NCBI RefSeq assembly: GCF_004010195.1
Contig: NC_057760.1
Coordinates: 3,559,440 to 3,623,439 of the forward strand
Reading direction: 5' to 3'
DNA length: 64,000 bases
Source: Chiloscyllium plagiosum
Lineage: Eukaryota
Shown piece by piece: positions 63,012 to 64,000 of the stretch. The translations under genes were made by a program, and so were the position numbers. Below the pieces are notes generated by a model that saw nothing but the letters and a program-made list of their open reading frames with translations, ran no database searches and was not told the DNA's origin. Positions within the stretch are counted from its first letter, which is position 1. Each line of letters starts with the position of its first letter.

Positions 63012-63320
63012 GGGTGCCACGGTGGCTCAGTGGTTAGCACGGCTGCCTCCCAACGGGTTCAGGTTCGATTCCACCCTCAGGCGAATGTTGGTGTGGAGTT
63101 TGCACATTCTCCCCCGCATCTACATGGGTTTCCTCCCACAGTCCAAAGATGTGCAGGTTAGGGTGGATTGGCTGTGCTAAATTGCCCCATAGTGTCCAGG
63201 GATGTGCAGGATAGGTGGATTAACAATGGGAAATACAGGGATAGGGTAAGGGTGTGGGTCTGGGTGGGATGCTATTCTGAGGATTGCCATGGGCTGATTA
63301 GCCACACTGTAGGGATTCTC
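63012..63320 (+). mobile_element. HE1-like V-SINE
   Basis: GGTGGCTCAGTGG A box, GGTTCGATTCC B box, V-domain, tail CACACTGTAGGGATTC. Partial copies also at 1-75 and 9290-9472. Confidence 0.88.
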
Positions 63321-64000
63321 AGAGTCTCATCACAAAACAGAAAAGAGAGGAATTAAATTAAATTGAGACTCACCTCCCTCCGAGGCCTTGCTTGGAAATT
63401 AAATCACACCTTCTGATTACCAAGAGGTAACACAAACCACCTGTGAAAGGCCCACAGCCAAAATGAGAGGGTTGCAAAAAAATAGGCAGCAACCCTGAGT
63501 TCAAAAAGCAGTTACCAGGTCACCACCCTGCAATTTGAATTTACCACGAGAACTTGGCATCAAATCACTTTTCATAAAGTCCATTCAATTTTCAGTAATT
63601 TTTTGTTGTTTACTGGTAGTCAGCAAACATGTTGCTACCACCATTACGAGATGCCCACTTTATTCCTCCCTCATTAATAAATCTCAGGTCCCCCTCCCTC
63701 TCCTGAAGGGGCTGACTCTCTCTCACTGGGGTATGGGGTCCCCCTCCCTCTCCTGGAGGTGGTTTGAGAAACAGCGTGATGGGGAATTATGTATTTTGGA
63801 GAATTCCTCCTCGGACACCCCACACCCTGACTGTTTATGTAACAGGGACTGGTCTCGGAGATGAGCTGAAGAATTCCTTTTGGAAGTTGACTGGGTAGAT
63901 TTGGAAAGGTTATCTCCCTTCATGGGAGAGTCTAGAATCAGAGGATCTCAGAATGAAATGGTTGCACATTTAAGAGGGGTGAGGAGAAATTTCTTCTCTC

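Overview
Vertebrate genomic DNA, almost certainly from a cartilaginous fish (shark). This is inferred from HE1-like V-SINEs and HER1/CR1-like LINEs. Two host genes lie head-to-head about 24 kb apart. ANP32E is on the minus strand: coding exons 1-5 reconstruct with GT-AG splice sites, the 3' end runs off the left edge, and the CpG-island promoter is rich in CCAAT/E2F/CHR motifs. The 5' end of a collagen-binding integrin alpha, most likely ITGA10, is on the plus strand (signal-peptide exon 37360-37411, exon 2 51398-51509). The rest is mostly decayed transposons: many CR1-clade LINE fragments, tRNA-derived SINEs, L2-like fragments and probable Harbinger Myb/SANT remnants. A Gmr1-like Ty3/Gypsy element (SCAN-like gag, PR-IN order, tRNA-Pro PBS) is split by two nested LINEs. 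The most notable non-obvious signal is a set of at least three Penelope-like element (PLE) families whose termini carry minimal hammerhead-ribozyme cores. They recur as short, often palindromic insertions with 9-17 bp target-site duplications, several inside introns of the two genes. Hammerheads in PLEs are known in general; I cannot establish novelty for this lineage without searches. Two assembly gaps (155 and 500 N) are present.
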